The notes: generated by a model not told the origin, from the letters alone. A DNA stretch of 64,000 nt from an uncultured Chitinophaga sp. (GCA_964437415.1 CAYTGN010000015.1:1890-65889), one strand, 5' to 3'. Positions 30,320 through 40,031 are shown, counted from the first letter of the stretch. Program-made: numbers and translations.

Positions 30320-30565
30320 ATGGTGCATGTTTATGTCATTGAAAGCTTACTGGATAAAACCAGGTACACCGGAATGGCTCTTGATCCGCTAAAACGGCTG
30401 GATGAACATAACAACGGGAAAAACAGATTCACTAAGGGGCACAGACCCTGGAAAATTATCTACACAGAAACTCATTCCGATTGGGCATCTGCAAGGCAAC
30501 GGGAAAAATATTTGAAATCTGCTGCAGGAAAAAAGTGGCTTGTAAAAACACTCAACCACGAATAA
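30320..30565 (+). CDS. mini GIY-YIG (URI-domain, YhbQ/COG2827-like) nuclease family protein
   Basis: 81 codons. Motifs: VHVYVIES (GIY-like), RYTGMA (YIG-like), KRLDEHN, and a conserved YTE...E..LK helix. The 134-aa track ORF (30161..) reads through the tRNA, so the internal ATG at 30320 is preferred. Confidence 0.75.
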   Translation: MVHVYVIESLLDKTRYTGMALDPLKRLDEHNNGKNRFTKGHRPWKIIYTETHSDWASARQREKYLKSAAGKKWLVKTLNHE

Positions 30566-30566
30566 A

Positions 30567-30637
30567 AGATTTTGGTTCTGTCTGTACAGGTTCCCTGCCT
30601 GACTGCGTCACGCAGTCAGGGAATCCTGGTAGCTCAA
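30567..30637 (+). pseudogene. displaced partial copy of tRNA-Gln (anticodon stem-loop to discriminator base) with a 27-nt insert in the T-loop
   Basis: 30567-30585 is identical to 30247-30265 (19/19). Outside the insert, 42/45 positions match tRNA positions 30247-30291. No acceptor 5' strand or D-arm is present upstream. Confidence 0.8.
30594..30620. repeat. 27-nt palindromic insert splitting the T-loop (TTC^GAAT) of the partial tRNA copy
   Basis: CCTG + CCTGACTGCG-TCA-CGCAGTCAGG. The 10-bp arms are perfectly complementary. Confidence 0.8.
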
Positions 30638-30643
30638 CAGATT

Positions 30644-30665
30644 CCCCGCCCCGGCGGGGTTTTTT
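30644..30665 (+). terminator. Rho-independent terminator after the partial tRNA copy
   Basis: CCCCGC-CCCG-GCGGGG followed by TTTTTT. Confidence 0.7.
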
Positions 30666-30733
30666 GTTGACCGGAAAGTGGAATTGCCCGGTTCGGCCCA
30701 TGTTCTTAACTTGGTCATACAAAATCAAAAAAC

Positions 30734-31411
30734 ATGAAACAGTTTTTTTGCCTTGCAATATTGTTTGCAGCTTTTTCAGCAGGTCATACACAACATTGTA
30801 CCGACTTTTTTTTCCTTCAGGATAATAAAACGGTGGAAATGACCAGCTATAATAAAAAAGGAAAGGAAACCGGAAAGATGACCTATGCGGTTTCCAATGT
30901 AACCAAAAGCGGCAGCAGTGTTTCTTCTACCGTTGCTTTTGAATCGTTTGATACAAAAGGAAAATCCACTACCAAAGCCATTAACAATGTGAAATGTACA
31001 GACGGAGTGATGATGATGGACATGAAAATGTTCATTCCTTCTACCCAGCAGGAGCAAATGGGAACGGCGGCTGCTTCAGCAAGTGATATGTACCTGGAAT
31101 ATCCGGCAAACATGAAAGAAGGTGATATGCTTAAGGACGGGCAGTTCAATATGGATTTTAAAATGCAGAACGGAATGGGCGGCAATGTTTCCGTAAGTAT
31201 CACCAACAGGAAAGTGCTGGGCCGTGAATCCGTCACAACAACTGCCGGGACCTGGGACTGCTTTAAAATATCTTATAAAAGCAGGATTGTAATGAAATTA
31301 GTAGTGGGCATTCCCATTAATGTGGAAACAACAGAATGGTATGCACCAGGAATTGGCGTGGTAAAAACAGAAGCTGGCGGTAGCAGAACAGAAATAACTG
31401 CCATTAAATAA
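30734..31411 (+). CDS. secreted hypothetical protein
   Basis: 225 aa with a signal peptide (MKQFFCLAILFAAFSAGHTQ). It is beta-rich and Met/Lys/Thr-rich. I recognised no family. Confidence 0.65.
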   Translation: MKQFFCLAILFAAFSAGHTQHCTDFFFLQDNKTVEMTSYNKKGKETGKMTYAVSNVTKSGSSVSSTVAFESFDTKGKSTTKAINNVKCTDGVMMMDMKMFIPSTQQEQMGTAAASASDMYLEYPANMKEGDMLKDGQFNMDFKMQNGMGGNVSVSITNRKVLGRESVTTTAGTWDCFKISYKSRIVMKLVVGIPINVETTEWYAPGIGVVKTEAGGSRTEITAIK

Positions 31412-31431
31412 AAATGAAAATACTAATTACG

Positions 31432-31460
31432 AAGCACAGCCTACCCGCTGTGCTTTTTTA
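31432..31460 (+). terminator. terminator of the 30734 gene, overlapping the 3' end of convergent rfbD
   Basis: AGCACAGC-CTACCC-GCTGTGCT followed by TTTTTTA. Confidence 0.6.
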
Positions 31461-32331
31461 TTTTTCCCATGCAATGACCAAGACTTTCGTTCCATTTCTT
31501 AAGTATGACACCGAATGTCTGCTGAATTTTTGAGTTGTCCAGCACAGAATAAGCAGGCCGTTTGGCTGCAGTGGGATACGCCGTAGTAAGAACCGGGTTC
31601 ACTTTGCAGTTGCTGCCGGCCAGCTCTTTTATTGCAATAGCAAAATCATACCAACTGATGATGCCATCATTATTGTAATGGTAAATACCGGGAACCCAAT
31701 TTTCAATTGATACTTGGCAATTGGCAATTATATCCAGGATGGCCTTAGCCAAATCGGCAGCATACGTCGGTGAACCGACCTGGTCGTTCACCACGTTGAT
31801 CTCATCCCTTTCCTTCATCAGATGCAGCATTGTCTTCACAAAATTCTTCCCGTATTCCGAATATACCCATGAAGTGCGGATGATGATGGCTTCCGCATTG
31901 AATTCTAATGCCTGTCTTTCTCCTTCCAGTTTTGAAGCGCCGTAAATACTTTGGGGGTTTACGGGTGAATTTTCTTTATAAGGAATAGTTGCTGTTCCAT
32001 CAAAAACGTAATCGGTAGAAATATGAATGAACCGGCAACCATTTTCCCTGCAAACTGCTGCAAGTACTCCCACTGCTTCTGCATTCACCTGGAAAGCAAG
32101 TTCTCTTTCTGTTTCTGCTCTGTCAACAGCCGTGTAAGCTGCACAATTAATGAGGTATTGCGGATGATATGCCCTGAAAGAATTTCTTACCAATTCGAAA
32201 TGATGGATGGGCAGATCCTCTCTTGATAAAAAGACAAAGGCAAATTGCGGATACGCTGATTCAAGCTCCCTCAGTTCTTTTCCCAACTGTCCGTTGGAAC
32301 CAGTTACTAATATCACAGGTTTATCAGTCAT
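31441..32331 (-). CDS. rfbD: dTDP-4-dehydrorhamnose reductase
   Basis: 296 aa. It has VTGSNGQLG and the YGASK (YxxxK) motif with RmlD-like overall pattern. There is a 4-nt overlap with rfbC. Confidence 0.85.
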   Translation of the reverse strand: MTDKPVILVTGSNGQLGKELRELESAYPQFAFVFLSREDLPIHHFELVRNSFRAYHPQYLINCAAYTAVDRAETERELAFQVNAEAVGVLAAVCRENGCRFIHISTDYVFDGTATIPYKENSPVNPQSIYGASKLEGERQALEFNAEAIIIRTSWVYSEYGKNFVKTMLHLMKERDEINVVNDQVGSPTYAADLAKAILDIIANCQVSIENWVPGIYHYNNDGIISWYDFAIAIKELAGSNCKVNPVLTTAYPTAAKRPAYSVLDNSKIQQTFGVILKKWNESLGHCMGKIKKHSG

Positions 32332-32888
32332 CCTTCGAAAAGAAAGCTGTTTCTGCAGTCAGCCAATAAGGGAAGCATTTTATCTTTTTCCGAAATGATC
32401 GCTTTGTCAGCCGGAATTTTCCAATCAATGGCCAACATCGGATCATTATATATAATTCCCCCTTCACTCTCCTTGTTATAAAGAGCATCACATTTATAAA
32501 GAAGTTCAGCTCTTTCACTCAAAACAGAAAAGCCGTGAGCAAACCCTTTTGGTATGAACAACTGCCTTTTATTTTCGGCGGAAAGCTCAATAGCATAATG
32601 TTTACCAAATGTCGGAGAGCCTTTCCGCAGATCAACTGCAACATCCAGAACAGCCCCTGATATTGTTCTTACTAACTTGGACTGAGCATATGGAGGTAAC
32701 TGGTAATGAAGACCCCGTATTACACCAAATAAGGAACTGGATTGATTATCCTGAACAAACTTTAGATCAATCCCTTGCTGTTTAAAGACATCTTCGTTGT
32801 AAGATTCATAAAAATATCCCCTGTCGTCTTCAAAGACTTTGGGTTCAAACACCAGCAATCCGGGAATATCAGTTGTAAAAAAAGGCAT
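32328..32888 (-). CDS. rfbC: dTDP-4-dehydrorhamnose 3,5-epimerase
   Basis: 186 aa. RmlC motifs: FEDDRGYFYESYN, RGLHYQ, PKGFAHGF. Confidence 0.9.
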   Translation of the reverse strand: MPFFTTDIPGLLVFEPKVFEDDRGYFYESYNEDVFKQQGIDLKFVQDNQSSSLFGVIRGLHYQLPPYAQSKLVRTISGAVLDVAVDLRKGSPTFGKHYAIELSAENKRQLFIPKGFAHGFSVLSERAELLYKCDALYNKESEGGIIYNDPMLAIDWKIPADKAIISEKDKMLPLLADCRNSFLFEG

Positions 32889-32890
32889 AG

Positions 32891-34180
32891 TTATAAACTC
32901 CAGTAAGAACGATTAACAATTTTATTACGGTAAATCCCTTTCAGGTCAGCTACAAGGCCATGAGGCTTGGTGATGCCAGAGAAATACTCATCACCGAGTT
33001 GCAGGTAATCATTATGTGGCACTGTAACGATCACTGCATCATAATCAGTCCCGTTTTCTTTGCTCAATCCGAAACCATATTCATGCGTTAGCTCTTCCGA
33101 ATCAGCATACGGATCTTCCACATCCACATTTATATAATATGATTGCAGGGCTTTCACCACATCCGCCACCTTTGAATTACGGATATCACTGACATTTTCC
33201 TTGAATGTGGCGCCTTTAACCAGCACTCTTGATGATTTCACATCACCTGAATTTTTGATAATATGCTGTACCACTTTTTTAGCTACATACTTCGCCATGT
33301 TATCATTGATGTTGCGTCCTGCAAGGATCACTTCCGCATCATAGCCCAGTTCATTCGCCTTATAGGTAAGATAATACGGGTCAACACCGATACAATGACC
33401 ACCTACCAGTCCCGGTTGAAACTTTAGAAAATTCCACTTGGTACCGGCTGCTTCCAGCACTTCATAGGTGTTGATGTTCATCATATCAAAAATGATGGAC
33501 AATTCGTTCATCAAGGCAATGTTGAGGTCTCTCTGTGTATTCTCAATGATCTTGGCGGCTTCAGCCACTTTTATAGAAGAAGCTTTATGTACTCCGGCTT
33601 TTACCACCAGTTCATATACTTTGGCAATTTCTTCCAATGATTCAGTGTCGCATCCGGAAACTACTTTTATAATGCTGGCCAGCGTATGATTTTTATCGCC
33701 GGGGTTGATACGTTCCGGTGAATACCCCAGCTTAAAATCAGTAATATTGTTTAGCCCGGAAAGTTTTTCAATGACAGGCAGGCAATCTTCTTCTGTGCAG
33801 CCGGGATATACGGTTGATTCAAATACCACATAATCTCCCTTCTTAATCACTTTGCCGATGGTCTCCGAAGCTTTTTGCACCGGCACAAGATCGGGTACAT
33901 TGTGCTCATCCACTGGTGTGGGAACCGCCACAATAAAAAAGTTTGCTTCTTTCAAAACATCCAATGAATCAGTAAACACAATATCGCAACCCTCAAAATC
34001 TTCTTTACTTAATTCATTACTGGGGTCAATGCACTGTTTCATCAGCTCAATCCTGCGTGTATTGATATCAAATCCGATAACAGATATTTTTTTCGCAAAT
34101 TCCAGTGCAATAGGCAATCCGACATATCCTAACCCGATAACGGCAAGTCTGGCTTTTTTATCAACTAATTCCTGGTACAT
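32891..34180 (-). CDS. nucleotide-sugar dehydrogenase (TviB/WbpO/Cap5O-like UDP-N-acetylhexosamine 6-dehydrogenase)
   Basis: 429 aa. N-terminal Rossmann fold (LAVIGLGYVGLPIALEFA) and catalytic Cys context (GGHCIGVDPYY). Confidence 0.8.
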   Translation of the reverse strand: MYQELVDKKARLAVIGLGYVGLPIALEFAKKISVIGFDINTRRIELMKQCIDPSNELSKEDFEGCDIVFTDSLDVLKEANFFIVAVPTPVDEHNVPDLVPVQKASETIGKVIKKGDYVVFESTVYPGCTEEDCLPVIEKLSGLNNITDFKLGYSPERINPGDKNHTLASIIKVVSGCDTESLEEIAKVYELVVKAGVHKASSIKVAEAAKIIENTQRDLNIALMNELSIIFDMMNINTYEVLEAAGTKWNFLKFQPGLVGGHCIGVDPYYLTYKANELGYDAEVILAGRNINDNMAKYVAKKVVQHIIKNSGDVKSSRVLVKGATFKENVSDIRNSKVADVVKALQSYYINVDVEDPYADSEELTHEYGFGLSKENGTDYDAVIVTVPHNDYLQLGDEYFSGITKPHGLVADLKGIYRNKIVNRSYWSL

Positions 34181-34244
34181 GGATAACTTTAAATAGTTTA
34201 TGGTTCAAAGAATACAGTCATAGAATAAACCGGCACTGAGCAAC

Positions 34245-35252
34245 CTACTTCATGCTCACAAATTCTTTAGGTAGCTTTCTTAATTCTTCTTCTGGCAGCG
34301 ATCTGAAATATTCGTAGGTCATCTTTAACCCTTCGCTTCGTTTCACCTTTGGCTCCCACCCCAAAATGGTTTTTGCTTTTGTAATATCAGGTTGCCTTTG
34401 TTTCGGATCATCCACCGGCAACGGTTTGTAAACGATTTTCACCTTATTGCCTGTCAGGGCAAGTATCTCTTCAGCAAATTCTTTTAATGTGATCTCATTG
34501 GGATTGCCAATATTCACTGGCATGTGATAATCGCTCAGCAATAAACGGTAAATTCCGTCGATAAGATCAGCTACAAAACAAAAGCTTCTTGTTTGCGACC
34601 CATCGCCAAAAACTGTAAGGTCCTCTCCTCTCAATGCCTGCCCGATAAATGCAGGTAATGCACGGCCATCATTGAGCCGCATTCTCGGACCATAGGTATT
34701 AAATATCCTTACGATCCTTGTTTCCACACCATGAAATGTGTGATAAGCCATAGTGATGGATTCCATATAGCGTTTGGCCTCATCATACACACCCCGCGGA
34801 CCAACGGGATTCACATTGCCCCAATATTCTTCCGTTTGCGGATGCACTAACGGATCGCCATATACTTCGCTGGTGGAAGCCACCAATATCCTTGCACCTT
34901 TTGCTTTTGCCAGTCCCAGACAATTATGTGTTCCCATCGCTCCCACTTTCAATGTCTGAATAGGAATTTTCAGGTAATCAATCGGGCTTGCCGGCGAAGC
35001 AAAATGCATGATATAATCTAAACGGCCGGGGATATGAATAAACTTAGTAACATCATGATGATAAAACTCAAACTGCTCAAGCTTGAATAAATGCTCAATA
35101 TTTTTCAGGTCGCCGGTGATCAGGTTATCCATGCCTATAACATGATAGCCTTCCCTGACGAAACGGTCACAGAGATGAGAACCGAGAAATCCTGCAGCGC
35201 CGGTAATCAAAACTCTTTTCTTTTTTGAAGAAGTTATTGCTGTACTCATCAA
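34245..35252 (-). CDS. UDP-glucuronate decarboxylase (UDP-xylose synthase)-like SDR
   Basis: 335 aa. It has [26 protein letters not shown] and YDEAKR (YxxxK). The closest pattern is UXS/ArnA-decarboxylase type. Confidence 0.8.
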   Translation of the reverse strand: MMSTAITSSKKKRVLITGAAGFLGSHLCDRFVREGYHVIGMDNLITGDLKNIEHLFKLEQFEFYHHDVTKFIHIPGRLDYIMHFASPASPIDYLKIPIQTLKVGAMGTHNCLGLAKAKGARILVASTSEVYGDPLVHPQTEEYWGNVNPVGPRGVYDEAKRYMESITMAYHTFHGVETRIVRIFNTYGPRMRLNDGRALPAFIGQALRGEDLTVFGDGSQTRSFCFVADLIDGIYRLLLSDYHMPVNIGNPNEITLKEFAEEILALTGNKVKIVYKPLPVDDPKQRQPDITKAKTILGWEPKVKRSEGLKMTYEYFRSLPEEELRKLPKEFVSMK

Positions 35253-35292
35253 TGCTGATATTATTACTTCTGTAAATAATTTATTAATTCAC

Positions 35293-36603
35293 TCATCCAA
35301 CCACAGCCCTGCCAACACTTACATAGTGGAAACCAAGTTTCCGCATTGTTTCCAGGTCAAAAAGATTGCGTCCGTCGAAGATAACTTTGTTTTTCAGTTC
35401 TGCGCTGATCCTTGAAAATTCAGGTGTACGAAACTCATTCCATTCTGTAGCAATGATAAGAGCATCTGCATTTTTTAGCGCATCATAGCGGCTTTCAGCA
35501 TACGTTATATTATCGCCAATAAGTGCTTTGACATTTTTCATGGCTTCGGGATCAAATGCGGTAACTGTTGCCCCGGCTTTTGTCAGTTCTTCGATCATGT
35601 ATAAGGCAGGCGCCTCCCGGATATCATCTGTATTGGGCTTAAATGACAGCCCCCACAATGCAAAATGTTTTCCTTTCAGGTTACTCTTAAAATAATGATT
35701 GATGGCAGGCAATAAATGCAGCTTTTGTTCTTCATTCACCTCCATTACTGCATTTAATATCCGGAAATCATATTTCACATCACTAGCAGATTTTACCAAA
35801 GCCTGCACATCTTTAGGAAAACAACTGCCGCCATAACCGATTCCGGGGAAAAGGAAACGTTTCCCAATTCTTTCATCACTCCCAATGCCACGACGCACCA
35901 TGTCCACATCTGCACCAAGCAGTTCGCAAAGTTTCGCCACTTCATTCATAAAAGAGATCTTGGTGGCAAGGAAAGAATTCGCAGCATACTTCGTAAGCTC
36001 TGCCGAACGTTCATCCATGAAAATAACAGGGTTGCCCTGGCGAACAAACGGCGCATACAGCTCACTCATCACTTTTCTTGCTCTTTCAGAATTGGTGCCG
36101 ATGACCACCCGGTCCGGTTTCATAAAATCTTCAACAGCCACCCCTTCTCTTAAAAATTCCGGGTTGCTCACCACATCAAACTCCCCTTTATAATTTTTAG
36201 CAATAGCAATATGCACTTTTTCCGCAGTTCCCACCGGCACGGTGCTTTTGTCCACTATCACTTTGTAATCCGACAGTATCTTACCGAGATCTTCAGCCAC
36301 ACCTAAAACATATTTCAGATCGGCTGAACCATCCTCGCCAGGTGGTGTGGGCAAAGCAAGAAAAATAATCTCTGCATCACGAATGCCTGCAGCAAGGTCA
36401 GTGGTAAAATATAGTCTTTGCTCTTTGAGGTTACGGAGAAAAATTTTTTCAAGCCCCGGCTCATAAATTGTAACCTCACCGTTGCTGAGTTTTTTCACTT
36501 TGTTTACATCAATATCCACACAGGTAACCGTATTGCCTGTTTCAGCAAAACAAGTTCCCGTCACCAATCCGACATAACCTGTTCCAACGACTGCGATTTT
36601 CAT
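35293..36603 (-). CDS. ugd: UDP-glucose 6-dehydrogenase
   Basis: 436 aa. Motifs: MKIAVVGTGYVGLVTG, GYGGSCFPKD, LWGLSFKPNTDDIREAP. Confidence 0.9.
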   Translation of the reverse strand: MKIAVVGTGYVGLVTGTCFAETGNTVTCVDIDVNKVKKLSNGEVTIYEPGLEKIFLRNLKEQRLYFTTDLAAGIRDAEIIFLALPTPPGEDGSADLKYVLGVAEDLGKILSDYKVIVDKSTVPVGTAEKVHIAIAKNYKGEFDVVSNPEFLREGVAVEDFMKPDRVVIGTNSERARKVMSELYAPFVRQGNPVIFMDERSAELTKYAANSFLATKISFMNEVAKLCELLGADVDMVRRGIGSDERIGKRFLFPGIGYGGSCFPKDVQALVKSASDVKYDFRILNAVMEVNEEQKLHLLPAINHYFKSNLKGKHFALWGLSFKPNTDDIREAPALYMIEELTKAGATVTAFDPEAMKNVKALIGDNITYAESRYDALKNADALIIATEWNEFRTPEFSRISAELKNKVIFDGRNLFDLETMRKLGFHYVSVGRAVVG

Positions 36604-36609
36604 GTAGTA

Positions 36610-37740
36610 TTATTTATTTGCGTACTCCAAAACTTTTGATGTAATAAAACTCAGTTGCTCATCGTCCATCTCAGTGTGTATTGGCAGAGAGATCACTCTT
36701 TCTGTGAGCCAGTCTGTCACCGGCATTTCCTGCGAAGCCACATTGAATTGTTCAAACATTTTTTGCCTGTGACCCGGCACAGGGTAATAGATCATGGCCG
36801 GTATCTTATGTTCAGCCAAAAACTGTTTCAGCCCTTCACGATTCACTCCATCCAGTAAGATGGTATATTGATGAAAAACATGATGGGAATATTCAGCCCG
36901 GTAAGGTGTAGTGATCTTGGGATGGCGGGCAAATGCATTATCATAAAAACCGGCAACGTTTCTTCTTGCTTCAGTATATTCATCAAGATGCCTTAGCTTG
37001 ATATTTAATATGGCTGCCTGTATAGCATCAAGCCGGCTATTGCAACCTACCACATCATGATAGTATTGACGGCTTTGACCATGATTGGCAATCATCCTCA
37101 TCTTTGCCGCCAGTTCATCATCCTGTGTGAATATAGCGCCGCCATCACCAAAAGCCCCAAGGTTCTTTGAAGGATAAAAAGAAGTGGCGCCAATATGACC
37201 AATAGTGCCGGTCTTTTTAACTGAGCCATCTGCAAACCTGTAACTACTGCCGATGGCCTGCGCATTATCTTCTATCACAAACAGGCTGTGCTTTTGAGCA
37301 ATGTTCATGATCTCCTGCATGGGTGCAGCCTGCCCGTATAAATGCACGGGGACAATTGCTTTTGTTTTGGCAGTGATCGCTTTTTCCAATGCTGCCGGGT
37401 CCATACAGAAAGTTTTGGGATCCACTTCCACAAAAACAGGTGTAAGCCGGAGCAAAGCAATCACTTCTGTGGTGGCGATATAAGTGAAAGAAGGAGTGAT
37501 CACTTCATCACCGGGCTGCAGCCCCAAAGCCATCATGGCGATTTGCAGCGCATCCGTGCCATTGGCACAGGGAATAGTATGTTTTGCTCCAAGATAAGAA
37601 GACAAAGCTTCAGCAAAATCTATTACTGCCTTCCCGTTGATAAATGCTGTGCTTTCCATTACCTCCAAAACCGCTTTATCCACCTCGGGCTTTATTTTGT
37701 GGTACTGCGTTTTTGTGTCCACCATCTGAATCGGTCGCAT
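36610..37740 (-). CDS. DegT/DnrJ/EryC1/StrS-family sugar aminotransferase
   Basis: The ORF extends to 37773. Homologues I recall start near IQMVD.K.QY, so the ATG at 37740 is preferred. The PLP-lysine context is SFYPSKNLGA. Confidence 0.8.
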   Translation of the reverse strand: MRPIQMVDTKTQYHKIKPEVDKAVLEVMESTAFINGKAVIDFAEALSSYLGAKHTIPCANGTDALQIAMMALGLQPGDEVITPSFTYIATTEVIALLRLTPVFVEVDPKTFCMDPAALEKAITAKTKAIVPVHLYGQAAPMQEIMNIAQKHSLFVIEDNAQAIGSSYRFADGSVKKTGTIGHIGATSFYPSKNLGAFGDGGAIFTQDDELAAKMRMIANHGQSRQYYHDVVGCNSRLDAIQAAILNIKLRHLDEYTEARRNVAGFYDNAFARHPKITTPYRAEYSHHVFHQYTILLDGVNREGLKQFLAEHKIPAMIYYPVPGHRQKMFEQFNVASQEMPVTDWLTERVISLPIHTEMDDEQLSFITSKVLEYANK

Positions 37741-37972
37741 CAGGGAAAGGGTTTGATGGGTCATTAAAGTCAAATTGGTCTTAAAAGTCGTTTCTCAGCA
37801 ATTCTGAAACAGTAAAATTATGTGTACCGTTGACTTTCAAAATAAGTGACGCCTGCCCATATCTTTCTCCACACAATCATTTAATTTGATACGTTCAGGC
37901 GGGCAAAAATAGTAAAATACAGGTAGTTTACATGATTGCTTTTACATTTGCCCAATCCTTAAGATCAGGACG

Positions 37973-39247
37973 TTGAGTGTTGTTTTCTACCATATATTCT
38001 TATTACTGTTCCGTGCCGGGGCAGCAATTGCTGCTTTATTCAGTGAAAAAATCAAAAAATGGAATACCGGCAGAAAAGGCCTTTTTGAACAAATGGCCCG
38101 GGCCATTCCTGCCAGCGAAAAGATCATCTGGATGCACTGCGCTTCTTTGGGTGAGTTTGAGCAGGGAAGACCGGTGCTGGAGGGTATTAGACAACAATAT
38201 CCCGGCTATAAGATATTACTCACCTTTTTCTCTCCCTCCGGCTATGAGATCAGGAAAAATTACGATGGTGCAGACTGGATTTTTTATCTGCCCATGGATG
38301 GTCCTGCCAATGCAAAGCGGTTCCTTGACATTGCCCATCCTTCCTTAGTAATATTTGTGAAATATGAATTTTGGTATTATTACCTGGGCACGGCCAGAAA
38401 AAGAAATATTCCGTTGTTGCTGATCTCTGCGGCTTTCAGAAAAAATCAGCCATTTTTCAGGTGGTATGGAGGACTGCACAGGAAAATGCTGCGCTGCTTC
38501 ACACATATTTTTGTGCAGAACAACCTCTCGCTGCAGTTGCTTGACAAAACAGGGTTTTCAGGTGTCAGCAGTCTGGCAGGTGACACCCGTTTCGACCGTG
38601 TTTCCCAAATCGCCGGCAAATTTGAACCTATACCTGTTATAGAAAGATTTGCCGAAAAGAAAAAGCTATTTATTGCTGGCAGCACATGGCCCGAAGATGA
38701 AATCGCTATCCAAAGAGCATTTGCCGGCATACATAATCCGTCATTAAAACTAATTATTGCTCCGCATGAAGTGAATGAAAAACACATTGCAGCTTTGCTG
38801 AATTTATTCCCTGGCGCTGTTCGTTTTTCCCAACTCTCTTCTGCTCCTTCACAGTCACCAGCAAGCGATGTTTTGATCATTGACAATATCGGGATGTTAT
38901 CGCGGCTATATCATTATGCCTGGATCACCTATGTGGGAGGCGCCATGAGCAAAAGAGGCATTCATAATGTGCTGGAAGCTGCAGTATATGACAAGATCGT
39001 TTTGTTCGGTCACGAATATGAAAAAAATCCTGAAGTGATTGAATTGGTGAAATCCGGCGGAGGAATCTCCATTCATGATCTGCAGAAAAATGGTGACCTG
39101 CTGCGGCAGGTGACCGAAGTGCTGCTATCAGGCAAAGAAGAATACGTACTCAGAAGCAGGGCTGCAGGCGATTTTGTGAGGGCCAACCGGGGAGCCACTC
39201 TTCACATTCTTCAGTTCATTCAGGAGAAACGTCTTTTGATCAACTGA
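37973..39247 (+). CDS. waaA: 3-deoxy-D-manno-octulosonic acid (Kdo) transferase
   Basis: 424 aa with a TTG start. It has IWMHCASLGEFEQGRPVLE and a C-terminal GT-B pattern (GGSL-type region VGGAMSKRGIHNVLEAA). Confidence 0.85.
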   Translation: MSVVFYHIFLLLFRAGAAIAALFSEKIKKWNTGRKGLFEQMARAIPASEKIIWMHCASLGEFEQGRPVLEGIRQQYPGYKILLTFFSPSGYEIRKNYDGADWIFYLPMDGPANAKRFLDIAHPSLVIFVKYEFWYYYLGTARKRNIPLLLISAAFRKNQPFFRWYGGLHRKMLRCFTHIFVQNNLSLQLLDKTGFSGVSSLAGDTRFDRVSQIAGKFEPIPVIERFAEKKKLFIAGSTWPEDEIAIQRAFAGIHNPSLKLIIAPHEVNEKHIAALLNLFPGAVRFSQLSSAPSQSPASDVLIIDNIGMLSRLYHYAWITYVGGAMSKRGIHNVLEAAVYDKIVLFGHEYEKNPEVIELVKSGGGISIHDLQKNGDLLRQVTEVLLSGKEEYVLRSRAAGDFVRANRGATLHILQFIQEKRLLIN

Positions 39248-39936
39248 TCAAAATGCACTACGACAGGATTATCATTACTCCATCCAAGTTTGGTTTTCAT
39301 TTCCCGGTTGATCCAGTATTCAGCTTCGGCATAGATATTAAAACTGTTGATGGTTTTGATGCTTCGTTCATACATAGATTCATCGCCTCTGAACAGTTCA
39401 TTGATAAAAAGGAACCTGTCATTGATGCCTATTGCTTTTCGCAGATCCTTGATCGGTGTTTCCTTTAATACCTCCACCAGTTCGGTTTTTCCCTGCCGCA
39501 GTTTATCATTGAGCGACTCGGCTCCGTCAGCAGCGCTTTCATTGTTTTCTTTCACTCTTGGCTGATGGGACAAAGTAGGTATTTCCATCATCGGGTCAAA
39601 AACCATATCCAACTGGCCATTCTTTTGTAACACGGCCACTGAGCCGTCATCCACCAGCAATGTTTCTTTCACCCGGTGGCTTTCGGTCTCTTTGGCAACA
39701 GGCGTTTCTGTTGCAGGTTTAGGTGCATACTTTTCATGCTGTGAAGCATAGATCGCCGGCGAGGCAGGCATCAGCACCGCCACTTTGGAAGTGCCGAGTG
39801 TTTTGCCGCTATTGGCCTGTTGCAACTGGCCCAGTTCCTGTTGCAGCAATTGCACGGTCATCAGCATTTGCGAAGGTTCTGCCTTTTGTTCAAACTGTTC
39901 TTTCAGTTTATGGATCAATGTTTCTATTCGTTGCAT
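39220..39936 (-). CDS. conserved hypothetical protein (N-terminal coiled coil)
   Basis: 238 aa with a coherent, non-shadow ORF. I recognised no motif. Its 3' end overlaps the convergent waaA by 28 nt. Confidence 0.6.
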   Translation of the reverse strand: MQRIETLIHKLKEQFEQKAEPSQMLMTVQLLQQELGQLQQANSGKTLGTSKVAVLMPASPAIYASQHEKYAPKPATETPVAKETESHRVKETLLVDDGSVAVLQKNGQLDMVFDPMMEIPTLSHQPRVKENNESAADGAESLNDKLRQGKTELVEVLKETPIKDLRKAIGINDRFLFINELFRGDESMYERSIKTINSFNIYAEAEYWINREMKTKLGWSNDNPVVVHFDQLIKRRFS

Positions 39937-40031
39937 TTTGCTACTTTTGGCCGGTTGGCAAGGAGTGGTCTAAAATTACAAACTGTTTGCCAATAATGTC
40001 AGCAAGTTTTACCCGATCCCAAATCTTAACA

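Noticed and set aside
30161-30565. A 134-aa ORF starting upstream of, and reading through, the tRNA-Gln gene.
   Set aside because: Its first 53 codons are the tRNA promoter, the tRNA itself and the terminator hairpin. Only the part from the ATG at 30320 has GIY-YIG motifs.
30220-30637. The idea that the GIY-YIG ORF sits in a group I intron interrupting the tRNA-Gln anticodon loop, as in some cyanobacterial tRNA introns.
   Set aside because: The upstream tRNA copy is complete and folds without any intervening sequence. I could see no group-I-like P1-P9 core in the ~320 nt. The geometry is a duplication, not an interruption.
30481-30825. A 114-aa ORF spanning the GIY-YIG 3' end, the partial tRNA copy and the terminator.
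   Set aside because: It is out of frame with the GIY-YIG ORF and translates the tRNA fragment (DFGSVCTGS... mirrors DFGSVCLGS... from the tRNA). It also overlaps the start of the signal-peptide protein at 30734.
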